A stretch of DNA of 64,000 nt from a virus, in IMG/VR virus record IMGVR_UViG_3300000176_000001; one strand, 5' to 3'. The notes under the pieces were generated by a model. That model saw only the letters and a program-made list of their open reading frames with translations, did no database searches and had not been told where the DNA came from. The translations under genes and the position numbers were made by a program. This document shows positions 33,306-42,625 of the stretch, piece after piece (position 1 is the first letter of the stretch; each line of letters begins with the position of its first letter).

Positions 33306-33334
33306 AATATAAACCACTATCGAGGTTATGTACA
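33306..33334 (-). promoter_or_regulatory. Early promoter TGTACA-N17-TATATT
   Basis: Recurrent motif. Confidence 0.75.
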
Positions 33335-33337
33335 CAT

Positions 33338-33371
33338 AAAAAATAAGGGCAGGAATCTTTTTTCCTGCCCT
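33338..33371 (-). terminator. Intrinsic terminator of the putative attenuator
   Basis: AGGGCAGGAA-AAAAGA-TTCCTGCCCT followed by TATTTTTT. Confidence 0.85.
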
Positions 33372-33398
33372 AGTCAAACCCAACAATGTGAGATGTGA

Positions 33399-33506
33399 CT
33401 AGGCGGTACTACCCCATGAGCGTGCGTATTCGGTATTTCCGAATGTGCAGACTGTAATGAGTTTCGGTTGGTGTACCATGTGTAGTTCCTGAGTATAGTG
33501 TTTCAT
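33399..33506 (-). CDS. Putative leaderless leader peptide MKHYTQELHMVHQPKLITVCTFGNTEYARSWGSTA
   Basis: ATG 5 nt downstream of TATAAATA (33512-33519); stop codon lies in the CCTAGTCA/TGACTAGG antiterminator; not in the ORF track. Confidence 0.65.
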   Translation of the reverse strand: MKHYTQELHMVHQPKLITVCTFGNTEYARSWGSTA

Positions 33507-33524
33507 AGTTTTATTTATATAACT

Positions 33525-33713
33525 TTAACCTAAAATATCGACAATACGGCCATTTTTATCTACGGCACGCACACGAAATTCAGGTAAGTTACGCTTCAGA
33601 GACTGCATCTCTGACAGGATCCGCTGGGAGTTATTCTGGGTGGTGTGATACGTACGCCATACCCCAGACTTGTCCTGGGCTTGGATATCAACTTGGTCCA
33701 TGGTCATCTCCAT
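33525..33713 (-). CDS. Small hypothetical early protein
   Basis: GGAG RBS; early promoter at 33727-33755. Confidence 0.7.
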   Translation of the reverse strand: MEMTMDQVDIQAQDKSGVWRTYHTTQNNSQRILSEMQSLKRNLPEFRVRAVDKNGRIVDILG

Positions 33714-33726
33714 TGCTTATATTCTT

Positions 33727-33755
33727 AATATAGCATGGTTCTGACATTATGTACA
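33727..33755 (-). promoter_or_regulatory. Early promoter TGTACA-N17-TATATT
   Basis: Recurrent motif. Confidence 0.75.
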
Positions 33756-33764
33756 CAACTATTT

Positions 33765-33986
33765 TCACAAATTATGGCGGATCCGGTTCTTGAACATATC
33801 CCTGACAGTGTCCTTTATGACAGCCTCCAGTAGATCTCGGACTTCCTTTTTGGAAGGATTATATCTTTCTTCTCTTATCTTAAGAACTTCCCGGTAGTTG
33901 GAGTATTTGTCCTCCTCGTACATGTCATCCCTGGCATCAATCATCTGTTCAAGAGACTTAATCAGTTTATCAAGATTGTCCATCAT
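33765..33986 (-). CDS. Hypothetical protein
   Basis: 73 aa ORF in operon. Confidence 0.65.
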   Translation of the reverse strand: MMDNLDKLIKSLEQMIDARDDMYEEDKYSNYREVLKIREERYNPSKKEVRDLLEAVIKDTVRDMFKNRIRHNL

Positions 33987-34302
33987 CCATAGCCCTCACG
34001 TCGTCTACTATAACATACTTAATATTCTTATCCAGCTTGTGGGTATAGGCATCCATGAGTAGTCTAATATCGTAGAGCTTCTTGGCTACCTTGCGTATCG
34101 TGTTTCTGCAGGCCTCGTCATTGTGACCCTCTTCCAGATCGACGAGTGCTGCCTCAAGATTTTGGTCAACAGAGTAGTCGACAAGATACTTGATGCCGTC
34201 CATCTCTCCCTCCTCCATAGGAGGATATAGCAGGTCTTTAATCTGCTGGAGTTGTATCTCGGCCTCGGTCTTTGGTTTCTTTTGGAAGAATTTAAACATC
34301 AT
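33970..34302 (-). CDS. Hypothetical protein
   Basis: 110 aa ORF in operon. Confidence 0.65.
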   Translation of the reverse strand: MMFKFFQKKPKTEAEIQLQQIKDLLYPPMEEGEMDGIKYLVDYSVDQNLEAALVDLEEGHNDEACRNTIRKVAKKLYDIRLLMDAYTHKLDKNIKYVIVDDVRAMDDGQS

Positions 34303-34316
34303 ATAGAAGTCCTAGC

Positions 34317-34715
34317 TTAGGTCTTCTTACGACCTATGTTATACTTGGTTACTAATTCCCACTCATTCTTCTCTTTGTAAGGAAGAATCTTGATCTGACT
34401 TAATGAGGTCTTAGGCTCACTGCACTTTTTAGGCTCTACGATCATTATCAGTTCCCACTCGGCGAGCAGCTGAACGATCGTGTTTCGCCTGCCGAGATCC
34501 TCGTCACTTATGTTTGTTGGCTTACCGTCAAGAGCAAACAGCTCCTTGAAGTGTACGATATAGTACTTGCCTTGCTTGTGTAGGATATGGCAGGATTGAT
34601 AGAGCTTTTTCTCTTTACGCGAGGCTACGCCAATACGAGTTAGAGTCTCTTTGATCTTTAGGAAGTCTTCCTCTTCACCAATTCTCACTTCCACTAATGA
34701 TTCTAATATCGACAT
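34317..34715 (-). CDS. regA: Translational repressor RegA
   Basis: FLKIKETLTRIGVAS...LYQSCHILHKQGKYYIVHFKELFALDG. Confidence 0.97.
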   Translation of the reverse strand: MSILESLVEVRIGEEEDFLKIKETLTRIGVASRKEKKLYQSCHILHKQGKYYIVHFKELFALDGKPTNISDEDLGRRNTIVQLLAEWELIMIVEPKKCSEPKTSLSQIKILPYKEKNEWELVTKYNIGRKKT

Positions 34716-34757
34716 AGCAACCTCATTATTATTGTTATTATGTCGATATTTATTCTT

Positions 34758-35132
34758 TCAGAATTCTTTAGCTACTTTAAGCTCCCTTTTTATAGCTTTT
34801 AGCTGGTCTTTAGACAAGATCGTTAACGCTGTCTTGGCCTTCTCCCTATTGTAGCTAAAGAACTCCTGAACAGCCAGAGTGTCTTCATCCTTATCCTTCT
34901 TAGCCCACTTTGTAAACCTCTTGCCCTTGCGGACTGCACCCATGAGATAGTCATGCTGCATCTTGTTGTCTAGGTGTGCTTTAGTGTTCATCTCCTGAGC
35001 GTGAAGGATAGTGTCAGGAAAGTACGAGAAGGCCTTATTAACGATCCACGCGTTATAGTCCTTCTCGTTAGTCTCATTGATTAACCCCTTCTTATTAGAG
35101 TTAATGTCACCTACGATATCGAATGGGTTCAT
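34758..35132 (-). CDS. 62: Clamp loader small subunit gp62
   Basis: YNAWIVNKAFSYFPDT...RKGKRFTKWAK; synteny 45-44-62-regA. Confidence 0.92.
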   Translation of the reverse strand: MNPFDIVGDINSNKKGLINETNEKDYNAWIVNKAFSYFPDTILHAQEMNTKAHLDNKMQHDYLMGAVRKGKRFTKWAKKDKDEDTLAVQEFFSYNREKAKTALTILSKDQLKAIKRELKVAKEF

Positions 35133-36070
35133 TTGTTGAACTCACAGTCGATCATGATCTCAGTCAGACAAGCCATAAGGTTAATCTCAGGATCTGCTGC
35201 GAATGCAGCCTGATACTGATACTTACCAAGAATCACGACTGCGATTGCCATGCCGCGTGCTGTCAAGAAGTTAGCAGCAGTGTCATAGATCTTGCGGAAG
35301 ATAGCTCCCTGATCATTGTCGATATTCTCACCAACCCACTTGCGTATGGCAGTAAAGTTCTTGTCAGACAATAGTGTGATAAGCTCATCAAGTGATAGCT
35401 GACCAAAGTTATTTAGAAGCCCTGAGTCGATAGAACCAGTAGCCGAGTAGCGTTGTAGTTCATTAAGTACGCGACGCCAGTCAGGGAAGTGCTTCTTGAT
35501 TACCTCTGCCACAACTGCCTGATCGAATGTCACGCTCTCAGTCGTGAGTATGTTCTCTACACGCTTGAAGAACTGACCAGCTAACTTAGCCATGTCAGAC
35601 TTACTGATCTTAAAGTCTACAACGGAACACCGAGAGTGAAGCGGTTCAATGATCCTGTTTTTGAAATTACACGTGAGGATAAAGCCACAGTTCCTTGAAA
35701 ACTCTTCCATGAAGTTACGTAGAGCAGGCTGAGTCGAGTTTGCGTTGAGATAGTCAGCTTCGTCGAGGATGACATACTTTCTGCCTCCGCTAAGTGATAC
35801 AGAGGACGCGAAGTTAAGGATGTCATTTCTGAGTGTGTCAATGTTGCCATTCATACTCCCATTGATGATGATGTAGTCGCAGCCTAGTTGCTCGAGCATA
35901 GCCCGAGCAACCGTTGTCTTGCCGACGCCGGCACTACCAGCAAGAATGAGGTTAGGGATATTACCCTGATCCACAAACTGCTGGAAAGTTGCCTTTAGTC
36001 CTGCTGGAAGAATAGTGTCAGCGATGGTCTTAGGACGATACTTCTCTGTCCATAGAAAATCTTCTCTCAT
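35129..36070 (-). CDS. 44: Clamp loader AAA+ subunit gp44
   Basis: LWTEKYRP, GVGKTT, ILDEAD, SRC. Confidence 0.96.
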   Translation of the reverse strand: MREDFLWTEKYRPKTIADTILPAGLKATFQQFVDQGNIPNLILAGSAGVGKTTVARAMLEQLGCDYIIINGSMNGNIDTLRNDILNFASSVSLSGGRKYVILDEADYLNANSTQPALRNFMEEFSRNCGFILTCNFKNRIIEPLHSRCSVVDFKISKSDMAKLAGQFFKRVENILTTESVTFDQAVVAEVIKKHFPDWRRVLNELQRYSATGSIDSGLLNNFGQLSLDELITLLSDKNFTAIRKWVGENIDNDQGAIFRKIYDTAANFLTARGMAIAVVILGKYQYQAAFAADPEINLMACLTEIMIDCEFNK

Positions 36071-36081
36071 CTAAAGTCCAA

Positions 36082-36768
36082 TCAGTTGAATGTTGATACT
36101 GCCTCAGTAGCAATCCAGTACTCTAGCTCTGGTGACTTAAAGTGTGCAAAGCCACGAGTAGAGAGATCTACCTCATAGTAGCCATTAGTAATGTTCTTAG
36201 AGAGAACGCCAAAGTTCTCTGGCTTGAACACTGCGTTGAAGGTACGATCTGTCTGACCTAGTGTGACGGTATATGTGTCACCCGATGGATTAGACACGTC
36301 GATTGCCTTCATAGTTAGATTAGCACCGTCACCACTGATAGCAATCTCGGAGAGATTTAAGATACCAAGCGCACGCTCGATGTCTTTAATGCTATCGATA
36401 GTCAAGCTAAACTTAACTTCACCCTCAGGGAAGTTAGGCTCTTTAGTTGAAGGCATAGGAATCGTAGACTCCTCTGCTATGGTGTAGTTTACGTTCTTAG
36501 TGTTAGACCCATCAGTGATAGTGACAAAGCGATCTGTCACAGTGATAGTTGGCTCATTGAATAGTGACATAGTATTAAGGAAACGACTCAAGCTATAGAC
36601 AGCAAACCTCTTTGTGAAGTTAACTGGCACAGTAGCGCGAGCAAAGATGTTCTTGAGTGGAGACACCGTAGTGATGGTGTCTCCCTCTTTGAACAACATG
36701 GACGGGTTGATCTGCGAGAAACTCTTTAGAACATTAACCGTCTTAGTATCAAACTTCACGTTATTCAT
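36082..36768 (-). CDS. 45: Sliding clamp gp45
   Basis: LKSFSQINPS start, YWIATE end; synteny. Confidence 0.9.
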   Translation of the reverse strand: MNNVKFDTKTVNVLKSFSQINPSMLFKEGDTITTVSPLKNIFARATVPVNFTKRFAVYSLSRFLNTMSLFNEPTITVTDRFVTITDGSNTKNVNYTIAEESTIPMPSTKEPNFPEGEVKFSLTIDSIKDIERALGILNLSEIAISGDGANLTMKAIDVSNPSGDTYTVTLGQTDRTFNAVFKPENFGVLSKNITNGYYEVDLSTRGFAHFKSPELEYWIATEAVSTFN

Positions 36769-36783
36769 AATATAGTATACTCC

Positions 36784-37635
36784 TTACTTCTTTTTCTTTT
36801 TCAGTGCTTCAGGGTCAGCAGTAGCGGACGCACCGATCTGTGCAAGATCTGCGAGTGATCCACCAAAAATGTATGAGCCGACATGTTGTAGTTTCATCCA
36901 TGGACAGAACCAAGTAGAGAGTCCAATATCTTGAACCTTCTGACAGAACCAATAGTCTTCAGAGAGATAGCGCTTCGACTTAGGATCGATCTCAGCCTGG
37001 AAGAACTGCATGATCTCACGAGAGCCGTCAAACGCCTCAGTGCGAACATGGTCAGGACGATAGCTATACTGAGGATATGCCTCAACAAACTTTTTGCAAG
37101 CATCCTTAGTGATCATCATAAAACCAGTACCAATCTCAAGAACCTCACAAGGCTCACCGATAGCGATCGATCCAGTGTTTTGCTTAGGATTAAACACGTA
37201 GTCGCCTACATAGCGATCGAGTTGTCCTGGATCCTCATCAGCAAGTCCCTTATCGACTGCGAGCTTGATCTTCTCCCAGCTGATGCACTTCTTAGGGTAA
37301 GGTCCACCGATGATGTTATACTTCTCTGGCTCTTGAGCTTGAAGTGCCATAAGAGCGATAACATCGTGTGGATTAAATCCGATGTCAGAGTCGATGAACA
37401 TAAGGTGCTCTGCCTCAGAGCGCATGAACTCATCGACGCAGTAGTTACGCGCGCGAGTGATCAACGACTCATTAAAGAGGAAGTAGAGCTGAAGTGGGAT
37501 ACCATAGTTGGTGCAGAGTGCAGAGAGGTCGGCGATCGACTTCGTGAACATGCCAGCACACTGGCCACCATACATAGGTGTTGCGAGGAATAGCTTGCGC
37601 TTACGAAGATCCTCGATCGGAATATTAATTTCCAT
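36784..37635 (-). CDS. GT-A-fold glycosyltransferase-like protein
   Basis: ATPMYGG, ESLITRARN, FIDSD (DxD), GTGFMMI, LSEDYWFC. Confidence 0.75.
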   Translation of the reverse strand: MEINIPIEDLRKRKLFLATPMYGGQCAGMFTKSIADLSALCTNYGIPLQLYFLFNESLITRARNYCVDEFMRSEAEHLMFIDSDIGFNPHDVIALMALQAQEPEKYNIIGGPYPKKCISWEKIKLAVDKGLADEDPGQLDRYVGDYVFNPKQNTGSIAIGEPCEVLEIGTGFMMITKDACKKFVEAYPQYSYRPDHVRTEAFDGSREIMQFFQAEIDPKSKRYLSEDYWFCQKVQDIGLSTWFCPWMKLQHVGSYIFGGSLADLAQIGASATADPEALKKKKK

Positions 37636-38111
37636 TATTTAGTCTCCTTGTCATGTACATGCAATTGCATAATAGCATAGTGAATCACTTTCATTAGATC
37701 TTTTCTCCAGTCGGCTGGAGAACCCTTCTTACCATAACGTTGGGCATACTTCATGACGTTGCCCATACAGAAGCCTGTACCGTGGCCAGAATCAATAATA
37801 AACTCTGTGGCTTGAAACTTGTTCTGCGAGTAATGCTCGCCGTATGTATTATTAATATACTCTAAAATCTCAGTTATGTACACACTTTCGTTGTACTTAT
37901 ATTGAATAGTTTTAGATATATCTACCTTTGTTATATTAAAAGCCATGTTGATATCTGTCTCAACAAATCTGCCTGTAGGATCAGTAGTACCTGTATAATA
38001 CATGTTACCACCTGTAGATCCAAACATTGGCGTGCCAAGCATATTAATATCATCAGCTGTTAGTGCGCCTATAGCACCATCTTTAAAATAATCCATATCA
38101 TTCTCCATCAT
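37635..38111 (-). CDS. DUF3310 (T7 gp1.7-like nucleotide kinase) domain protein
   Basis: HYS...GFCMGNVMKYAQRYGKKG...DLMKVIHY. Confidence 0.75.
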   Translation of the reverse strand: MMENDMDYFKDGAIGALTADDINMLGTPMFGSTGGNMYYTGTTDPTGRFVETDINMAFNITKVDISKTIQYKYNESVYITEILEYINNTYGEHYSQNKFQATEFIIDSGHGTGFCMGNVMKYAQRYGKKGSPADWRKDLMKVIHYAIMQLHVHDKETK

Positions 38112-39142
38112 ATAAACTCACTCAATCCATTCACAACTATATTGTTATACTCTAAGCCCTGCCAGTGTGGATAGTGCTCACGCGATAAGTGAACTGACTT
38201 AGGCTTCTCCATAAACTTAAAGTCTAACTCACCCTTGCTATTCAGCATATGGCGGTTCCAACGATATAGTTTAACTCTATCAGTCTCTTGTCTCTCACAC
38301 TCAGTGATAAAGATCTTACGCACGGCAGTTCTCTCTTCCCATGTGCCATAGTAAGGAGTTCCCTTATAGTATCCAGTCTTTGGTAGTTTGCGAGATACAT
38401 CCTCAATAGGAAGCGGCTCATAGATCTTTACATTAGTATTAAGCTCTTTTGCCTGCTCAAAGTACTTACGAACCAACTCTATAGTCGCAGTGGCAGGATC
38501 AGCCTGTCTCATTAGATGATGACGTATATCGATATTGCCGAAATAGAATTCTAGCTCGTCATACTCAATATTTGGTATTGGTAAGAATGACTTGAGGCCT
38601 TGCTTAAGGGCACCGTGTAGTGTCTTAAATGGAACTGAGTTTACCATCCAACCTGGACGATACATACAGATAGCATGACTATCACCGATAGCAGCATTGC
38701 GATAGATCGACAACTTATTAGGATCAACAACCGGTGCATTGACCATACGCTTGATATTATCCCAGTCGACTTCATGCCACTTAGGATTGACACTGTCATT
38801 ACCTTCCATGCGCTTAGCTACCATTTGATAGTAGTCGGGGAATGGAATGATTAGTGAGAAGACCGTTCCACGAAACTTAGATAGATTAATAAGGTTATCG
38901 ACAACAGGAGTATCAGAAAGCCCACCGAATAGATTAAGAGTGCCACCCCAATCGTTACCGTGATAAACGTAAAGAACGTCGAACTTATTGAAGTCATCAT
39001 GGTAATTGGTGCCTCCCATATTGACAGTGATATCTATACCAGATTGTTTAATCTGGTCTGCATAGATTACTGCCTGAGCTGCACGGTGTGAAGCTGTATT
39101 ATTTGATATAGTCGCGAACGGTGATGCTAGAAGAGCTCTCAT
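38108..39142 (-). CDS. Hypothetical protein of the DNA-modification cluster (SGNH-like C-terminal motifs)
   Basis: IGDSHA, FGNIDIRHH, SVHLS motifs. Confidence 0.55.
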   Translation of the reverse strand: MRALLASPFATISNNTASHRAAQAVIYADQIKQSGIDITVNMGGTNYHDDFNKFDVLYVYHGNDWGGTLNLFGGLSDTPVVDNLINLSKFRGTVFSLIIPFPDYYQMVAKRMEGNDSVNPKWHEVDWDNIKRMVNAPVVDPNKLSIYRNAAIGDSHAICMYRPGWMVNSVPFKTLHGALKQGLKSFLPIPNIEYDELEFYFGNIDIRHHLMRQADPATATIELVRKYFEQAKELNTNVKIYEPLPIEDVSRKLPKTGYYKGTPYYGTWEERTAVRKIFITECERQETDRVKLYRWNRHMLNSKGELDFKFMEKPKSVHLSREHYPHWQGLEYNNIVVNGLSEFI

Positions 39143-40026
39143 TGTATATTTTTATCCCAATCACGATACGAGTCAACTGTATTATATATACAAGGATTTT
39201 GTAAAACAGGGTCCGGTCCGACATTCCACATTAAAATATTCTCACCGGTATTCTTAGGAATATACTTCCAGACTTTTGCATCATACGTAGAGATAGCAGG
39301 AAACGGTGGCATGTTCTCTGGCTTCTCTGGAGCATTAAAGTCTAATGGCTCAGATATCACCTGTGCTCTTCCTAGCTCACCTTCTTTGAGATTGCGGGCG
39401 ACAGCGATAGAAGTAAACTTAGCTTTTGGCCATGCAATTTGAAGTGCTCGTGAGAGTACACCTGTTGATGTTGCAACATAGACGTGATCAGGTGGCTCAA
39501 TAGTAGAAGCGGCGTGAACAATACCGGCAGTAGCCAACTCATGTCTAAGACCGAGTGGAACGAAGAAAGCATTATTATCATCAGCCCATTCCTTTGCATA
39601 CTTATTTAGATTAGGCATTGCAGCGATGCGCTTAAAGATAGGTATTGCTCCCTGCTCGATGCAGCATGCTTGATGAAGAGATATCTGCTTAGCTGCTGGC
39701 ATAAACAAGACTACTCTCTTGTTATGACGACGAGCTGCATCTAAAATAGAAACACCAGCAAGACCAGTACGGGGCTGCGAGTATACGATCGTATTATAGT
39801 TTGTCTTTGACATAAGAAGATCGCCAGCACGTGTCTTAGTGCCTACGATCATGTCATCACGTACTACACGAACACCATCATGAACGACAACTACAGGATC
39901 AGGATTGTAAGGTGTCCATCCCTCGGCTAAAGAGAGATAATAGTCTCTAGCCTCTTCAATAGTGCAACCAGGATATAGTCTAGCATCTTTGTTAATGCCA
40001 TCAATGACGTGTGTATCATGAGACAT
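39139..40026 (-). CDS. Fold-type II PLP-dependent enzyme
   Basis: VRDD...GTKTR (Schiff-base Lys), ATSTG loop, YDAKVW, LMWNVG. Confidence 0.75.
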   Translation of the reverse strand: MSHDTHVIDGINKDARLYPGCTIEEARDYYLSLAEGWTPYNPDPVVVVHDGVRVVRDDMIVGTKTRAGDLLMSKTNYNTIVYSQPRTGLAGVSILDAARRHNKRVVLFMPAAKQISLHQACCIEQGAIPIFKRIAAMPNLNKYAKEWADDNNAFFVPLGLRHELATAGIVHAASTIEPPDHVYVATSTGVLSRALQIAWPKAKFTSIAVARNLKEGELGRAQVISEPLDFNAPEKPENMPPFPAISTYDAKVWKYIPKNTGENILMWNVGPDPVLQNPCIYNTVDSYRDWDKNIQ

Positions 40027-41200
40027 AGTTTAATCCCTTCACCATCTCTTTATACTGCTCTACTGATAGACCTGCTTTCTTGATTATATAGTCATCAGAT
40101 GGGTGTGCAGTCATTCCGTTAAAGGTACTGACGAGATTAAGGTCGAGCATAGCTTTTTGTCTTCCGTACGGGTGATCCTTAATCCTACACGATGACCAGA
40201 CCCCGTCGAAGTCCAGATGGTCGTAGTGCGCCCCTGGGCGGACGTAGTTTTCGACCCATCTGATGAAGTCGCAGCAGACGTCTTCCGCATTGTACGGAAG
40301 AGAGGACGTATCGTCATATATCTTCTCCATTACTTTATCTAGGAATTCCATCTGGTTCATCTTCTTAGTTGGAACTGCCAGATAGTTAATACACTCTACG
40401 GCGTTTGTGCCATAATAAAACATTGAGTCTAGGTTAACATATTGAGGGTACCAATCAGCAATGTCTGCTAGTACAGCTGCGTATTGGAATTGATAGACAC
40501 GTAAACCGTTGCGCCTATTCCAATCAAACATGAACTCACCAATCTCGCGCAGATCCTTCTTAGCATTTGATCTTTGAAGCCACTCTGCCAACTCACGAGC
40601 TAGACGTGGTGCATACTCTGAGAGGTAATAATCTCCACCACGCTTATACTTAGAGCCAGCAGGTGGTTTAGGAAATGCAGGAAACTGATAACCAACTGAT
40701 GTATAGAATGAGCGGTCATAGTTATTCAGCATCTTAACCATGTCCTCGATGCTCTTAGCATTACATAAGACAGGAAGAATCGTGTTGTGATAGCCAGATG
40801 GCTGAGTAGCGTAGTTAATAGCAGAACCAGTGACACGATGTAAGATAAAGATATAAAGCCACTCAGGTAGTGAGAAGTCAGAGTGCTTACCAGTCCATGC
40901 CTTTGCTACAGCATCACGCTGTTTAGTTACCATCCCTGCTTCCATCTTCTTCCAGTATGGATGCTCTTCAGTCCATCCATAGAAGCAGTCGTTCATTATC
41001 TGTGAGAAGCCTGCTAGCTTACGCTCTACTACGTCATACAGAGTCACATAGTGAAGTAAGTCATCACCCATGTCAGAGTCTGCATGTTCAATCATTCCGT
41101 AAGGTGGCTTTGTAGATGTATTACACTTCTCTTGCTGCTCAGCCGCGAGATGAAAGTAACGAATGAACTCATCATAATACTGAGTCGTCTCAATGCTCAT
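40016..41200 (-). CDS. Putative amino acid:DNA transferase (aGPT-Pplase-like, DNA-glycosylase fold)
   Basis: LHRVTGS, SGYHNT, ADIAD...YGTNA, AEDVCCDFIRW motifs; adjacent PLP enzyme. Confidence 0.65.
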   Translation of the reverse strand: MSIETTQYYDEFIRYFHLAAEQQEKCNTSTKPPYGMIEHADSDMGDDLLHYVTLYDVVERKLAGFSQIMNDCFYGWTEEHPYWKKMEAGMVTKQRDAVAKAWTGKHSDFSLPEWLYIFILHRVTGSAINYATQPSGYHNTILPVLCNAKSIEDMVKMLNNYDRSFYTSVGYQFPAFPKPPAGSKYKRGGDYYLSEYAPRLARELAEWLQRSNAKKDLREIGEFMFDWNRRNGLRVYQFQYAAVLADIADWYPQYVNLDSMFYYGTNAVECINYLAVPTKKMNQMEFLDKVMEKIYDDTSSLPYNAEDVCCDFIRWVENYVRPGAHYDHLDFDGVWSSCRIKDHPYGRQKAMLDLNLVSTFNGMTAHPSDDYIIKKAGLSVEQYKEMVKGLNYVS

Positions 41201-41546
41201 TAAGATATTCCTTCAATTGCTCTAACATAGAGAGCTCATATTGTTTGTCATTAAGCTTTCTATTTAGTCCTGATGGATGAGGCATAACAAAATGCTTTAT
41301 TCCGAGCTTATTTAGCGCGCGAGAAGGAAATGCACCCAGAGATATTATCTTGTCATATCCCTGAGTACATGTTGATAAGAATTCATAGTCTATGTCTTTG
41401 TATGTATAAGGACCAGGTTTACTAATACAATTCACAAAAGAAAAGAACTGCAGCCCTAGGCTGTCAGTCCATTGATATAGTCTCTTTAGTGTTATTGTTG
41501 GATCCGCTTTCTTAGACGAAGAGGGATTTATCCCCACAATCAGCAC
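41190..41546 (-). CDS. Uracil-DNA-glycosylase-superfamily protein
   Basis: IVGINPS, FVNC, ISLG, MPHPSGLN; probable GTG start (the open frame extends to 41720). Confidence 0.7.
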   Translation of the reverse strand: MLIVGINPSSSKKADPTITLKRLYQWTDSLGLQFFSFVNCISKPGPYTYKDIDYEFLSTCTQGYDKIISLGAFPSRALNKLGIKHFVMPHPSGLNRKLNDKQYELSMLEQLKEYLNEH

Positions 41547-42003
41547 GCGCGGACACTCCAGCTTCTTGGAAGATGGCTGATGTGACTTTGAACGAATCAT
41601 TCCACTTCTCTCCAATCTCTGCCGGGTAACACATGAAGACACGTTTAATTCCAACTTGCACAACTCCCTTAGCACACTCAGAACAGACCGGTAGACCATA
41701 CACATATAGGTCTGCATCACGAAGACTTATACCATTTAGTGTTGCATTGTAGATGCAGTTCATCTCAGCATGAACAACAAACTTATACTTCTCCTCGCGA
41801 TTAATAAGACGCTCATATGAGTCCTTAATACCACGAGGGAAACCATTATAACCCTGTGATAGGATCTGACCATCACGACCGACAGCAACAGCACCGACTT
41901 TAGTGCTCGGGTCCTTAGACCAGCCGGCAATATGACCGGCTAGATCCAAGTACTTCTTCATCCAACTCTCAGAGAACGAGGTCAAAGTGTCGCTCATATA
42001 CAT
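41512..42003 (-). CDS. cd: dCMP deaminase
   Basis: SKDPSTKVGA, GYNGFPRG, HAEMN, VCSECAK. Confidence 0.93.
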   Translation of the reverse strand: MYMSDTLTSFSESWMKKYLDLAGHIAGWSKDPSTKVGAVAVGRDGQILSQGYNGFPRGIKDSYERLINREEKYKFVVHAEMNCIYNATLNGISLRDADLYVYGLPVCSECAKGVVQVGIKRVFMCYPAEIGEKWNDSFKVTSAIFQEAGVSARADCGDKSLFV

Positions 42004-42625
42004 GAAGAGATCCTACATTCCAGTGAATGTCACCGATCTCAATACCTAAGTCAGTAGACAACTTTCCTAGTACGGTCTGCTGCCAAGCATAATCGTTCTT
42101 ATATCCATATACTACATCATTTGAACGCATTTGTACAACACTATGTAGCTTGTTATTACGTATTAGATACTGAACGGTATTAGTGCACATAAAGTCAGAC
42201 ATACCGTTTTTGTTATAGTCTGACCACATGCTAGGTCTTGTATAGATCATTGTAGCACGACGAGAGTCAGGATTACGCTTAAGCTCATCGAGAACATTAT
42301 GATACTGCTCACCATTATCTGGTGAAAAGATACACCAACCATAGTTAGAGTTGATCCAGCCTTCAGGATCAGATACCTGTTGCCAGATAGCAGGAGCACC
42401 ACCAGGAATATCATTGACATTTAGTGACTGTGACTCATACCATTGTATCTCACGCATCACATAGTCATAGTTGACTTTGCCAAAGATACTAGGCTCGTCC
42501 GCAATGAATGATGCATTGATGATCTCTAACATCTTGACGCCAGTCTTATCTGTTACAAACATCTCATGTTTTTTTAATGACCAAAAAGACCTGCGTATAT
42601 CACCTACGTAGTTACGAGTGTGCAT
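41969..42625 (-). CDS. 42: dCMP hydroxymethylase (thymidylate-synthase fold, T4 gp42-like)
   Basis: DFMCT catalytic Cys; MRSNDVVYGYKNDYAWQ with Asp at the specificity position; GSLHVYERHF. Confidence 0.85.
   Translation of the reverse strand: MHTRNYVGDIRRSFWSLKKHEMFVTDKTGVKMLEIINASFIADEPSIFGKVNYDYVMREIQWYESQSLNVNDIPGGAPAIWQQVSDPEGWINSNYGWCIFSPDNGEQYHNVLDELKRNPDSRRATMIYTRPSMWSDYNKNGMSDFMCTNTVQYLIRNNKLHSVVQMRSNDVVYGYKNDYAWQQTVLGKLSTDLGIEIGDIHWNVGSLHVYERHFDLVL

Noticed and set aside
36931-37593. 220-aa plus-strand ORF, and the many other 60-130 aa antisense ORFs in the track
   Set aside because: They are shadows of well-supported minus-strand genes, with no RBS, promoter or recognisable motifs.
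41969-42625. Ordinary thymidylate synthase or dUMP hydroxymethylase
   Set aside because: The motif matches T4 gp42 (RSNDVVxGxxNDYAWQ) with Asp at the specificity position, not the PFN/Asn of dUMP-acting enzymes.
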